A stretch of DNA of 64,000 nt from Christensenellales bacterium (GCA_050309775.1 JBNRMV010000013.1:13255-77254), one strand, 5' to 3'; counted from the stretch's first letter, positions 36,734 through 51,185 are shown. Notes: a model not told the origin generated them from the letters alone. A program made the numbers and translations.

Positions 36734-37236
36734 TGCGGCTTTGTTTCTTCCTTGTCGCTTGTTATGATAGGTTTTTGTTGTTGCTTTTCCGGCTCCTCAT
36801 ACTTTCTTTCATAAAAAAGTATGCCCTCAAGGTGGTCCAATTCGTGGCAGCAAGCCCTTGCCGCCATATTCTCAAGTTCCTTTTGGTACTTCTTGCCATG
36901 CCTGTCAAAAGCCTCGACGGTGACTTTTTTTGGGCGCAGTACCTTGCAATTTTTTGACGGGTCGACGCTTAGGCAGCCCTCAAAGTCTATTTGTTCGCCC
37001 TCGGCATAAATTATCCTTGGGTTAATCATTTCAAGGTATAGGTCATCTACCTCAATAACTGCCACCTTTCGCAGCAGCCCCACCTGCGGAGCAGCCAGTC
37101 CCACTCCATCGGCTTTTTGCATTGTTTCACGCATGTCGTCAAGCAGTTCGCCAAGTTTTTCGTCAAACTTGGTGACTTCTCTTGTGCGCTTAAACAACAC
37201 ATCGTCATTTTCTGAAAAAATTAGTCTTATTGCCAT
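36730..37236 (-). CDS. def: Peptide deformylase
   Basis: GVGLAAPQVG, EGCLS and HELDHL motifs. Confidence 0.95.
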   Translation of the reverse strand: MAIRLIFSENDDVLFKRTREVTKFDEKLGELLDDMRETMQKADGVGLAAPQVGLLRKVAVIEVDDLYLEMINPRIIYAEGEQIDFEGCLSVDPSKNCKVLRPKKVTVEAFDRHGKKYQKELENMAARACCHELDHLEGILFYERKYEEPEKQQQKPIITSDKEETKPQ

Positions 37237-37260
37237 AGTCTTGTCCTCTCTTTTCCTTTG

Positions 37261-39429
37261 TTACATCATTTGCATAGGGTTTATTTCTATAAAACTGCTG
37301 ATTCCCTTTGTCGGCAGCTTTTTCATTTCTTCATATACAAGCGGCAGCGTGTCATCGCCGACCTCAAGGCTTATCCATGCGACAATCTGAAAGCGGTATT
37401 TGTTCATCATTCTTTTTATTGGCGCGCGCATAGCCTGAACGCGGAATATGCCGTTGTGCTTTTCTTTCAGCTTACGCAGCATTTCGTAACCCAACCTTGC
37501 CGCCTCCATAGCCTTGTTTTCGTCCTCTGAGGATATCAGCGTCCTTGCGATTACGGAATATGGCGGAAAATGCGTCGTCTGGCGCACATTGCTTTCTTTT
37601 TCAAAAAAACCGCAATAGTCGTAAGTTCTGGCAAACCGAAAAACATAATGTTGTGGGTTATAGGTTTGCATAACCACTCTGCCTTCTTTTTGCTCTCTGC
37701 CTGCTCTGCCTGCCACCTGCGTTATAAGCTGAAAGGTGTTCTCATTGCTGCGGAAGTCCGGAAAGTACAGCGACAAATCAGCGTCCAGAATGCCCACAAG
37801 CGTAACATTGCTGAAGTCGTGTCCCTTGACTATCATTTGTGTGCCGACAAGTATCTGCGCTTCGCCCTTTGCGAAAGCCGACAGTATATCGACATATGAG
37901 TCCTTGCGTTGTACGGTGTCATTGTCCATACGCAGCACTTTTACTGACGGAAAAAGTTTGTTGACTTCTTCAACCACCCTTTCTGTGCCTATTCTGCCCT
38001 CTTTTAAGTGCTTAAATCCGCATACCGGACATTCTTTTATGTTATAAAACTGTTTGCCGCAATAGTGGCACTTCAGTTTGTTGTCGTCCTTGTGCAGCGT
38101 CAAACTTACATCGCAGTCCGTGCATTTCGGAATATAGCCGCAGCTGCGGCATCTTAAGAACGATGCAAAGCCCCGTCTGTTTATGAATAGCATAGCCTGC
38201 TCGCCTTTGTCAATAACTTTTTGGAGTTCAGCCAACAGCGCCTTTGAAAATATCGATAAATTGCCTTCAAGTATCTCTTTGCGCATGTCAACAATTTGCA
38301 TATCGGGCAAGCCTCTGTCGTTTATGCGGTTTTTTAATGTCAGCAGCTTATATTCGCCGCTTTTTGCCTTGGCATAGCTTTCTATTGACGGTGTAGCTGA
38401 GCCGTAGACTAGTTTTGCATTGTTGTAGTTGCGGCGGAATTTGGCTATGTCGGAGGTGAAATATCTGGGGTTTGATTCGCTTACATAGCTGGAATCGTGT
38501 TCCTCATCAATGATTATTACGCCGACATTCGTCAGCGGCGCAAAGACAGCAGAGCGCGCGCCCAACGCTACCGTGGCTTGTCCGTCAAGAAGTCTGCGCC
38601 ATTCGTCATAGCGTTCGCCGTCCGAAAGTCCGCTATGTAAAAGGCTTACTTTATCGCCGAACCTTGCGCGGAACAGTCCCAGCATCTGCGGCGTCAAAGA
38701 TATTTCCGGCACTAACATTATGGCAGTTTTGCCCTGTTTCAGCTGCGCTTCTATAACTTGCATATAAATTTCGGTCTTTCCGCTGCCCGTCACTCCGTGC
38801 AACAAAAACTCCCTGTTTTCTTTGAGAATTTCGCTTACGGCTTTTTTTTGGTCGGGAGTCAGCGTAATGTTTTGCTTTTTGGCTTTTATGTCCTTGTACG
38901 GAGTTCTGTTTTGTACAACAAATTCTTTTTTCAAAATGCCTTTTGCAAGCAAGGCTTTTACGGCTTGCGGTCCGAAACTGCCGTTCAGCACGCTTTCGTA
39001 TTCGCCGCCGTCTTTCAGCGCCTCAACAATCTTCTTTTGCGCTGTGGCTCTTGCGGACACATGAGAAATATCGGCGTCGTCTGCAAGCGTGATGTATGCT
39101 TTTTGTTGAATTTTTACCCTGCCGCCTCGCAGTTTTGACGGAATGCAAAGGCGCAGCACATCGACATACCGCAGATTTTTGTATTTGTTCAAATACTCTG
39201 CAAGTGCCAACATTTCGTCGGTCAGCACTCTTTTTTCGTCAAGTATTCTTATTATGTCCTTTGTTTGGTGAGATGAAGTGTCTTTTTTTCCGATTACAAA
39301 GCCTTCAAGCCGTCTGTTGCCAAAAGGCGCCTCGACTCTGCTGCCAAGCGGAATATCGAAAGCCGCGGAATAGTCAAAAACCTTGTCCACTTCGCTGTTG
39401 CTTATGTCTACGACAACCTCATAAATCAT
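37261..39429 (-). CDS. priA: Primosomal protein N' (replication restart helicase PriA)
   Basis: 722 aa with Walker A GVTGSGKTE, DEEHD, and the Cys-rich zinc insertion (CRSCGYIPKCTDCD...CHYCG...CPVCG). Confidence 0.95.
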   Translation of the reverse strand: MIYEVVVDISNSEVDKVFDYSAAFDIPLGSRVEAPFGNRRLEGFVIGKKDTSSHQTKDIIRILDEKRVLTDEMLALAEYLNKYKNLRYVDVLRLCIPSKLRGGRVKIQQKAYITLADDADISHVSARATAQKKIVEALKDGGEYESVLNGSFGPQAVKALLAKGILKKEFVVQNRTPYKDIKAKKQNITLTPDQKKAVSEILKENREFLLHGVTGSGKTEIYMQVIEAQLKQGKTAIMLVPEISLTPQMLGLFRARFGDKVSLLHSGLSDGERYDEWRRLLDGQATVALGARSAVFAPLTNVGVIIIDEEHDSSYVSESNPRYFTSDIAKFRRNYNNAKLVYGSATPSIESYAKAKSGEYKLLTLKNRINDRGLPDMQIVDMRKEILEGNLSIFSKALLAELQKVIDKGEQAMLFINRRGFASFLRCRSCGYIPKCTDCDVSLTLHKDDNKLKCHYCGKQFYNIKECPVCGFKHLKEGRIGTERVVEEVNKLFPSVKVLRMDNDTVQRKDSYVDILSAFAKGEAQILVGTQMIVKGHDFSNVTLVGILDADLSLYFPDFRSNENTFQLITQVAGRAGREQKEGRVVMQTYNPQHYVFRFARTYDYCGFFEKESNVRQTTHFPPYSVIARTLISSEDENKAMEAARLGYEMLRKLKEKHNGIFRVQAMRAPIKRMMNKYRFQIVAWISLEVGDDTLPLVYEEMKKLPTKGISSFIEINPMQMM

Positions 39430-40607
39430 TTTTCAAGAATATTGTCCAGAATAATATCCGACAGCTCCCTTTTTGTCATAATGGGCAGGCTGATTTTTTC
39501 GCCGCCGCTCTTAATGATTGTTACTATGTTTGTATCTGTGCCAAAGCCTGCGCCCTCTTTTGTCACATCGTTGGCGACAATCATATCGGCATTTTTATTG
39601 GCTAATTTTTGTTTGGCATTTGCTATCAGTTCATCTGTTTCGGCGGCAAAAACCACCAGTTTTTTGTTGCCCTTTTGTTTGCCGACTTCGGCGGCAATGT
39701 CAACATTTTTTTCTAGTTCCAGCGTCAATGACGCTGCCTTTATTTTTGTTTTTGAATAATTCTTTACTCTGTAATCTGACGGCGCGGCGGCTTTTATTAT
39801 TATGTCTGCGCTTTCAAGTTCCGCCATGACCGTGTCATACATATCTGATGTCGTCGCCACATTCAATAATCTAATGTTTTGCGGCGGTTGTACGCTTAGG
39901 TTTGCGGCGACAAGCGTCACCTCTGCGCCTCGCGCAAGCGCTGCCTCGGCAAGCGCCACGCCCATTTTCCCCGAAGAATAATTGCTGATAAAGCGCACTC
40001 CGTCCACCGGCTCTCTTGTTGCGCCGGCAGTAATAAGCACTCTCTTGCCCCGAAAGTCGGGGTTTGGGGTCAACAGCTTGTCCACCTCTCGGATAATCTC
40101 CGCAGGAGAACTCATTCTGCCCTTACCGATATCTCCGCATGCCAACAACCCTACATCAGGCTCAACTATAATACAGCCCCTGTCTTTGAGATTTTTCAGA
40201 TTCTTTTGGGTGGTTTCGTCCTCATACATATTGGTGTTCATTGCAGGACAAATGACCTTTATGGCTTTGCTGGCAAGAAAAGTGGCTGTAAGCATGTCGT
40301 CAGCTATGCCGTTTGCTAACTTCGCGATGACATTTGCCGTGGCAGGCGCCACAAGGAAAACATCGGCTTCTTTGGCGAGCGAAATATGTTCGACATCATA
40401 GGTTTCCTTCTCTGCGAACATATCAACAACAACTCTGTTTTTTGACAGAGTTTCAAGCGTTAGCGGCGTAATAAATTCTACGGCGTTTTTCGTCATAATA
40501 ACTTTTGTGGTGTATCCGAGTTTTGACAGACCCGACACAACCTCGCAAGTCTTATAGGCGGCGATACCGCCGCTTATGCCGATAACTACGCTTTTTTTGT
40601 TTTTCAT
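39426..40607 (-). CDS. coaBC: Bifunctional phosphopantothenoylcysteine decarboxylase/phosphopantothenate-cysteine ligase
   Basis: 393 aa with an N-terminal flavoprotein domain (GISGGIAAYK) and a C-terminal DFP domain (ITAGATREPVDGVRFISNYSSGKMG). Confidence 0.95.
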   Translation of the reverse strand: MKNKKSVVIGISGGIAAYKTCEVVSGLSKLGYTTKVIMTKNAVEFITPLTLETLSKNRVVVDMFAEKETYDVEHISLAKEADVFLVAPATANVIAKLANGIADDMLTATFLASKAIKVICPAMNTNMYEDETTQKNLKNLKDRGCIIVEPDVGLLACGDIGKGRMSSPAEIIREVDKLLTPNPDFRGKRVLITAGATREPVDGVRFISNYSSGKMGVALAEAALARGAEVTLVAANLSVQPPQNIRLLNVATTSDMYDTVMAELESADIIIKAAAPSDYRVKNYSKTKIKAASLTLELEKNVDIAAEVGKQKGNKKLVVFAAETDELIANAKQKLANKNADMIVANDVTKEGAGFGTDTNIVTIIKSGGEKISLPIMTKRELSDIILDNILEK

Positions 40608-40798
40608 CAGACTTTTAGTGTAATTTTGCCTTCATAAATTTCTTTGGCAGCGTGGCTTATGGCTTTCAGCCCTGATTTTTCAAGTTCTGCCGTTTCAAGC
40701 GCCAATAGTTCTTTTGCTCTTTTTGCCAGACCGCATACCAAAGCATAGCGGCACGGCGCTTTTTTGATAAGTTTGTCAATGGGTGGGTCAATCATCAT
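40607..40798 (-). CDS. rpoZ: DNA-directed RNA polymerase subunit omega
   Basis: 63 aa. The IDKLIKKAPCRYALVCGLAKRAKEL pattern and its position between gmk and coaBC support the call. Confidence 0.85.
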   Translation of the reverse strand: MMIDPPIDKLIKKAPCRYALVCGLAKRAKELLALETAELEKSGLKAISHAAKEIYEGKITLKV

Positions 40799-40838
40799 AT
40801 ATATTTGTCTCCTTTTGTGATAGTTCTATTTTATTGTT

Positions 40839-41444
40839 TTATTTGTCTATGATTTGTTGAATTTTGTCCTTTGTCCTTGCGACTTTCAGCCGTTCGGCTC
40901 GCACCACCGCAATAAGGGAGTCCACCGCCTCTTGCAGGTCATCGTTTATGATAAGATAATCATAGCTGTATGCGCATCGCAGCTCGTCACGCCCTATGTC
41001 CGCCCTCTTTTGCTGCCAATCGGTAGTTTCGGAATTTCGTTCTTTCAGCCGTCTTATGATTTCCGTAACCGATGACGGAGTCAAGAATATAAAAACCGGC
41101 TTTAGGTCTGTCTTGCGGATTAGTTCACCACCAATGGTCTCTATTTCAAGAATAATATCTCTGCCCTCATTCAGCGCATTGTCGATATACTTTTTTATTG
41201 TGCCGTACTTGTTGCCGAACTTCTCGACATACTCCAACATTTCGCCATTCTCTACCATTTTGTCAAACTCTTCATGAGTTTTGAAAAAATAGTTTACGCC
41301 TTCTTTCTCCTGATTTCGGGGCGCTCGGGTGGTTGCCGATACGGAGTATTCAAGGTCGGTTATAGTTTTGAATACTTCTTTCAGTACTGTACCCTTGCCG
41401 GCTCCTGACGGTCCGCTTATTACAAACAGTATTCCTTTTCTCAT
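40839..41444 (-). CDS. gmk: Guanylate kinase
   Basis: ISGPSGAGKGT and SATTRAPR motifs. Confidence 0.95.
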   Translation of the reverse strand: MRKGILFVISGPSGAGKGTVLKEVFKTITDLEYSVSATTRAPRNQEKEGVNYFFKTHEEFDKMVENGEMLEYVEKFGNKYGTIKKYIDNALNEGRDIILEIETIGGELIRKTDLKPVFIFLTPSSVTEIIRRLKERNSETTDWQQKRADIGRDELRCAYSYDYLIINDDLQEAVDSLIAVVRAERLKVARTKDKIQQIIDK

Positions 41445-41453
41445 TGCCTCTGC

Positions 41454-42332
41454 CTACTCAATGTTTTGTACCTGCTCTCTGATTTTTTCTATTTCGCCTT
41501 TCAGTTCAATGACTTTTTGCGCAATTGCCAAATCGTTGCTTTTTGAGCCAATGGTGTTTATTTCTCTGTTCATCTCCTGCACCAAAAAGTCCAACTTCCT
41601 GCCTGCCGAATTGTTTTCTTCAATAATTTTGTGCCCTTGCGCAAAGTGGCAGGACAGCCTGGTTATTTCTTCGTCAATAGCCGCTCTGTCGACAAAAAAT
41701 GCAACTTCGTTCAGCAATCTAGCTTCGTCATACTGCACACCGGCAAGCGCCTCGGTAATTTTGGCCGTCAAACGGGTTTTGAAGTCCGCCGCAACAAGCG
41801 GCGCGCGCTGTTTTATTTCTGCAAGCATATTCTCGGCGTCATCAAGTCTTTTCAAAATGTCGGCCGCCAAAGCGTTGCCTTCTCTCTTGCGCATTTCGCA
41901 AAGCATTGAGAGAGCGTCATCGATTGCTTGTTCGGCAAGCGCCTTTATGGCTTCCTCGTCATCGTCAGCGCCTTTTGTTATCAGCACTTCGGGCATTCTC
42001 ATGACCTGCGATGCCGTCATATCATTGCTGAACCCCAATTTTTCAAGTTCCGCCGCCATAGCCATATATTCTTTTGCTACTATGCTGTCAAGCCGTACGG
42101 CGCTCTTGCCCTCTCGGTTGTCTTCATAGGTACAGTATATGTCTATATGTCCTCTTTGAACAGTCTTTTGGACGCGCTTACGCAAGCAATCTTCAAGAAA
42201 ATTCAATCCGCGCGGCAACTTAAAAAGCAAGTCTAAGTATCTGTGGTTGACGGACTTGATTTCTATTGTTATTTTGCGCTGTCCGCCCTCCCGAACGCCT
42301 TTGCCGTAGCCTGTCATACTGTTCATTTGCAC
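41454..42332 (-). CDS. yicC: YicC family stress-induced endoribonuclease-like protein
   Basis: SMTGYGKG N-terminus and C-terminal EINTIGSKSND...KGEIEKIREQVQNIE. The exact start (M1/M3/M6) is uncertain. Confidence 0.85.
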   Translation of the reverse strand: MQMNSMTGYGKGVREGGQRKITIEIKSVNHRYLDLLFKLPRGLNFLEDCLRKRVQKTVQRGHIDIYCTYEDNREGKSAVRLDSIVAKEYMAMAAELEKLGFSNDMTASQVMRMPEVLITKGADDDEEAIKALAEQAIDDALSMLCEMRKREGNALAADILKRLDDAENMLAEIKQRAPLVAADFKTRLTAKITEALAGVQYDEARLLNEVAFFVDRAAIDEEITRLSCHFAQGHKIIEENNSAGRKLDFLVQEMNREINTIGSKSNDLAIAQKVIELKGEIEKIREQVQNIE

Positions 42333-43303
42333 CTCTTTACTGCATCAAATAACTGGTCGCTTTTTGTCTCCAGATACTCTTTTTTATCGCCGAAATCGGC
42401 AATTATATCCCTGTTTGCCGTGAATACGCCTATTTTTGCGGCAGGTATGTTTTTGGCATTTAGCGCCGCAATCACTTCATCAGGTTGGTTTGTGCTGATA
42501 ATCAAGCTGCCGCTTGAAATCAGTCTGTATACATCTGTTTGTAATGCCCGGCAAATCTTTTTTGTGACATCGGCAACTTGTATGCTGCCCACATCGATAA
42601 GCGCTCCGACTCCCGACGATTCCGCCATTTCGGCTATGGCGCCGAAAACGCCACCCTCTGTAATGTCGTGCATTGCGGAAATGTCAAACTGTCTTGCAAT
42701 CGCCGCTTCTTTTGCTATGCTGATGCTTTTTCCCAGCTCCGCCGCCTCTTGCAATTCTTCCTTTGTTAAGAACTGCTGCAGCTTGGTTTTGCAATCGTTC
42801 GCCAAAATGCTCGTGCCTTCAATGCCGACGGTTTTTGTAATTATTATGCTGTCGCCTGCTCTGGCTGAATTGGCGGTGATATGCTTTTTTGTTCTGCCTA
42901 TAATCGTGGCATTTACGACAATCTTATTGACGGCGTCGGTAAACTCCGTATGCCCTCCTACTATTTCAAGGTTGCAGCTTTCTGCCTCTTGTTCAGCCTG
43001 TTGCATAATCTTTTTTATTTGTGCAAGCGTAGCCGTAGGCGGCGCCAACACGGTGAGTACGGCAAGCACAGGCTCTCCACCAGCTGCGCTGATGTCGTTT
43101 GCGTTTATTTTTATGGCAAGTTCGCCTGCGCGCTCGTCGGCTCCCGTAATGGGGTCTGTGGAAATAAGTATTCTGTCCTCAATCTCAAACGATGCACAAT
43201 CTTGCGCCAACGAAGAAGGCACAATAACTTCTTTTCTGCGCCTTTTTATGACGCTCAAAACGCATTCTATCAACTCTTGATTGGATAGTTTACCTATTTT
43301 CAT
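42323..43303 (-). CDS. AIR synthase-related (PurM/HypE/ThiL superfamily) protein of unknown function
   Basis: Start at MKIGKLSNQEL. Motifs DCASFEI...STDPITG and GGHTEF are typical of the PurM-like fold. There is no adjacent pathway partner. Confidence 0.7.
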   Translation of the reverse strand: MKIGKLSNQELIECVLSVIKRRRKEVIVPSSLAQDCASFEIEDRILISTDPITGADERAGELAIKINANDISAAGGEPVLAVLTVLAPPTATLAQIKKIMQQAEQEAESCNLEIVGGHTEFTDAVNKIVVNATIIGRTKKHITANSARAGDSIIITKTVGIEGTSILANDCKTKLQQFLTKEELQEAAELGKSISIAKEAAIARQFDISAMHDITEGGVFGAIAEMAESSGVGALIDVGSIQVADVTKKICRALQTDVYRLISSGSLIISTNQPDEVIAALNAKNIPAAKIGVFTANRDIIADFGDKKEYLETKSDQLFDAVKRCK

Positions 43304-43391
43304 AAAGTATATTATAACATAATACCTTAATTCATACAAGTTTATTTTATAATATAAAACTATTCTGCAATTAAATTATTATATAGTTATT

Positions 43392-47583
<4,192 letters not shown>

Positions 47584-47637
47584 ATCTTTCTCCGAATGCT
47601 TGATAAAAAATTTTTGTCTTGATTTTGCATTGATATA

Positions 47638-47666
47638 ATCATACTAAAAAAAGCGTCAAAAGTCAA
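47638..47666 (-). promoter_or_regulatory. Promoter of pcrA-ligA
   Basis: Minus strand reads TTGACT (comp. 47661-47666), 17 nt, TATGAT (comp. 47638-47643). Confidence 0.45.
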
Positions 47667-47712
47667 TTTATATCATAGGCATGAGACTTCTTGGCTTCAT
47701 TAGAAATGACAT

Positions 47713-47747
47713 AAAAAAGGCTGTCAACAGGTGACAGCCTTTTTTTC
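47713..47747 (-). terminator. Intrinsic terminator after ppdK
   Basis: Hairpin GGCTGTCA/TGACAGCC (47719-47739) flanked by A and T runs. The minus strand reads stem then TTTTTT. Confidence 0.8.
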
Positions 47748-47764
47748 TTTGTGGTTGTAGATTA

Positions 47765-50383
47765 TTATTTGCTCTTTATGACTGCCTGCGCTGCTGCAAG
47801 AATAGCAATTGGCACTCTAAACGGTGAGCAAGAAACATAGTTCAAACCTAACTCGTGGCAGAATTCTACCGATGAGGGGTCGCCGCCATGCTCTCCGCAA
47901 ATACCGCACTTAAGGTCGGCTTTGGCGCTGCGTCCAAGCTCGACGCCGATTTTCATAAGTTTACCTACGCCAATTTGGTCAACTCTCTGGAAGGGGTCTG
48001 ATTCAAATATTTTCTTGTCATAATAATCATTCAGGAACTTGCCTGCATCGTCACGGCTGAAACCGTAAGTCATTTGGGTAAGGTCATTGGTGCCGAATGA
48101 GAAGAAATCCGCTTCCTTAGCTATCTCGTCAGCTGTCAAGCATGCTCTGGGAATCTCTATCATTGTGCCGACGGTGTAGTCAACCTTTACATTATGTGCC
48201 GCCATAGTTGCCTCTGCTGTCTTTACGACAACTTCCTTGACATACTTTAGTTCTTTTATGTCGCCTACAAGTGGAATCATAATCTCGGGTTTTACATTTG
48301 CGCCTTCTTTGTTGCAAGCTATTGCGGCTTCGATGACTGCCTTTGTTTGCATAACGGCTATTTCCGGATATGTCACAGAAAGTCTGCAGCCGCGGTGTCC
48401 CAACATGGGGTTGAATTCTTTCAAGTTCTCGACGATTGTCGCAAGTTCTTCATAATCCATGTCCATATCCTTGGCAAGCGCTTTTATTTCGCTCTCTTTG
48501 TGCGGTACAAATTCATGAAGGGGCGGGTCAAGGAATCTTATTGTTACGGGGAAGTTGCCCATAGCTTTGTAGATGCCGATAAAGTCCTCTCTCTGCATGG
48601 GAAGTAACTTGGCAAGCGCCTTTTCTCTCTGCTCAACGGTGGGAGAAACAATCATTTCACGAACGGCGGCAATTCTGTCTTCTGCAAAAAACATATGTTC
48701 TGTTCGGCAAAGTCCTATTCCCTCTGCGCCATACTCTCTTGCTTGTTTTGCATCGGTGGGAGTGTCTGCGTTGGCTCTTACTTTAAGAACTCTGATTTCG
48801 TTTGCCCACTCCATTATTTTTCCGAAATATCCGCTGACAGTGGCAGGTACTGTGTCAATCTTGCCGGCATATATGTTGCCTGTGCTGCCATCAAGTGAGA
48901 AATAATCGTTGTCTGTGTACTTTTTGCCTTTTATGGTGACCGTCTTTGCTTTCTCGTTGATTACTAGGTCGCCGCAACCGGCTACGCAGCATCTGCCCAT
49001 TCCGCGCGCTACAACGGCGGCGTGAGAAGTCCTGCCGCCTCTGGCGGTAAGGATACCCTTTGCTACTGCCATGCCTTCGATATCTTCGGGGCTGGTTTCA
49101 AGACGAACAAGCACAACATCTTCGCCCTTTTCGCTTCTTTGTACGGCTTCTTCTGCTGTGAAAGCAATTTTTCCGCAAGCTGCGCCGGGAGATGCCGCCA
49201 AACCTTGGGATATGGGTTTGTTCTTCTTAAGCGCTGCGCTATCAAACTGCGGGTGCAACAGCTCGTCCAACTGTTTGGGGTCAACTTTCAAAACGGCCTC
49301 TTCCTTTGTGATAAGTCCTTCGTCAACAAGGTCGCAAGCAATCTTAATGGCGGCTTGGGCTGTACGCTTTCCGTTTCTGGTTTGGAGCATATATAGTTTG
49401 CCTCTTTCGATGGTGAACTCCATGTCCTGCATATCTCTGAAATAATTCTCAAGTTTTTGGGTTATGGCAACAAACTGCTCGTATACGGCAAGGTTTGTTT
49501 CTTTCAAATGGTCAATGGAAAAAGGAGTACGAATGCCGGCAACGACATCTTCGCCCTGAGCGTTCATAAGGTATTCGCCATAAAGAACCTTTTCGCCGGT
49601 GGCAGGGTCTCTAGTGAACGCCACGCCTGTGCCGGAGGTGTCGCCCATGTTGCCGAAAACCATCGATTGAATGTTGACTGCTGTACCCCAGCTTCCGGGA
49701 ATATCGTTCATTCTGCGATAGGATATGGCTCTGGGATTGTTCCAGCTTTTGAATACGGCTTCGGTTGCGCCGATAAGTTGTTCTCTGGGGTCTTGGGGGA
49801 AGTCCGAACCTGTTTTCTCTTTGTAGAGCGCCTCGAACAATGCAATAAGCTCCTTCAAGTCTTCGGCGGTAAACTCTGTGTCAAGTTTTATGCCTTTCTT
49901 TTCTTTCAGTTCGTCTATTATTTCTTCAAAATAGGATTTGCCCAAACCGGTAACTACATCAGAATACATTTGTATAAATCTTCTGTAACAGTCGTATGCA
50001 AAACGGGGATTGTCCGTAAGTTTTGCCAGACCTTCAACCGAAACATCGGTAAGTCCAAGGTTCAAAATCGTGTCCATCATGCCGGGCATTGATGCTCTTG
50101 AGCCGCTTCTGACCGAAACAAGGAACGGGTTGTTGGGGTCGCCGAATTTCTTACCGGCTTGCTTCTCAACTTTTGCCAGCGCATCAAATATCTGAGCGAT
50201 AATCTCATCTGAAATTACCATTCCGTCATCATAATACTTTGTGCATGCTTCCGTCGTAATAGTAAAGCCTTCGGGTACGGGCATGCCTAGTTTGGTCATC
50301 TCCGCAAGATTGGCGCCCTTTCCGCCAAAAAGCTCTTTGTTCTTGCCGTCAGCTTCATTAAACAAATAAACAAATTTTGTCAT
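47765..50383 (-). CDS. ppdK: Pyruvate, phosphate dikinase
   Basis: Start at MTKFVYLF (GGAG SD). Motifs GGKGANLAEM, the phospho-His region GGRTSHAAVVARG, and a C-terminal PEP-utilising TIM barrel. Confidence 0.95.
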   Translation of the reverse strand: MTKFVYLFNEADGKNKELFGGKGANLAEMTKLGMPVPEGFTITTEACTKYYDDGMVISDEIIAQIFDALAKVEKQAGKKFGDPNNPFLVSVRSGSRASMPGMMDTILNLGLTDVSVEGLAKLTDNPRFAYDCYRRFIQMYSDVVTGLGKSYFEEIIDELKEKKGIKLDTEFTAEDLKELIALFEALYKEKTGSDFPQDPREQLIGATEAVFKSWNNPRAISYRRMNDIPGSWGTAVNIQSMVFGNMGDTSGTGVAFTRDPATGEKVLYGEYLMNAQGEDVVAGIRTPFSIDHLKETNLAVYEQFVAITQKLENYFRDMQDMEFTIERGKLYMLQTRNGKRTAQAAIKIACDLVDEGLITKEEAVLKVDPKQLDELLHPQFDSAALKKNKPISQGLAASPGAACGKIAFTAEEAVQRSEKGEDVVLVRLETSPEDIEGMAVAKGILTARGGRTSHAAVVARGMGRCCVAGCGDLVINEKAKTVTIKGKKYTDNDYFSLDGSTGNIYAGKIDTVPATVSGYFGKIMEWANEIRVLKVRANADTPTDAKQAREYGAEGIGLCRTEHMFFAEDRIAAVREMIVSPTVEQREKALAKLLPMQREDFIGIYKAMGNFPVTIRFLDPPLHEFVPHKESEIKALAKDMDMDYEELATIVENLKEFNPMLGHRGCRLSVTYPEIAVMQTKAVIEAAIACNKEGANVKPEIMIPLVGDIKELKYVKEVVVKTAEATMAAHNVKVDYTVGTMIEIPRACLTADEIAKEADFFSFGTNDLTQMTYGFSRDDAGKFLNDYYDKKIFESDPFQRVDQIGVGKLMKIGVELGRSAKADLKCGICGEHGGDPSSVEFCHELGLNYVSCSPFRVPIAILAAAQAVIKSK

Positions 50384-50521
50384 TAACATCTCCTTCTTAA
50401 AGTTATTTTTATCATTTATCATATCTCATTATATATAACAATGGACAATTGCACAAGCAAATTTCATCATAATTAAGATAATAGTAAACCAAAAGCGCAG
50501 TTTTATGCACTATCAATAAAT

Positions 50522-51172
50522 TTATGGTGTCAAACTGCCGGAATTGGCAAATGCATAGATTTCTTTTATTATAAAAAGATTGAGCGAAAGTCGGTTTTTT
50601 GCTATCAAATCCAGATAAAAAAGCGCCGTATCTATGTCGGCAGTATGCAACTCAAGCGTACCGCTATCCTCCGCCGATACCGCCGAAAGCGCGTCCAACA
50701 CCTTTCTTGCGCCTTGCGGAATGTCCTCAATGCTATAATCGACTCCGACATATTTTAATATCTCAAGCAAAAACCAAACGGCGGCAGTAAAGGGATATGC
50801 TGCGCTGTAATTTATCTCCTGCAAGGCTTTCAGCGCAAGCAACAATTCATATGAAATATCTTCGCCACGAATGCACACCTTTTCCGTCGTTTCCAGCACC
50901 AGCATTGCCGCCAGATTGCGCGCTGTATCAGTCCAGCAATTGCGAAAACTCTCCTCAATATTTATGCCCGTCAGCACAAAACCGCTTTTTGTTTCGGTCA
51001 CGCCGAATTCGCCGAATACCAGCGGCATACAGCCTGCGCACAACTTTGCTTTGGGGCTGCGCACTCCTTTAGCCGACACGGTGATAATTCCTCTTTCAAA
51101 AGTCGCCACCGTCAACAGTTTGTCCTTGTCCTTGTAATTCGTTGCCCTAAGGCATATGCCCTTGTAATCCAT
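50522..51172 (-). CDS. recO: DNA repair protein RecO
   Basis: Start at MDYKGICLRATNYKDKDK. N-terminal OB fold pattern and position after era/yqzL. Confidence 0.85.
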   Translation of the reverse strand: MDYKGICLRATNYKDKDKLLTVATFERGIITVSAKGVRSPKAKLCAGCMPLVFGEFGVTETKSGFVLTGINIEESFRNCWTDTARNLAAMLVLETTEKVCIRGEDISYELLLALKALQEINYSAAYPFTAAVWFLLEILKYVGVDYSIEDIPQGARKVLDALSAVSAEDSGTLELHTADIDTALFYLDLIAKNRLSLNLFIIKEIYAFANSGSLTP

Positions 51173-51185
51173 ATTCCCTCTTAAC

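Noticed and set aside
42243-43280. 345-aa plus-strand ORF almost exactly antisense to the AIR-synthase-related gene
   Set aside because: This is a mirror-frame shadow ORF. Its composition is low-complexity and rich in S, A, I, L, C and F. It has no SD, whereas the minus-strand product carries clear PurM-family motifs.
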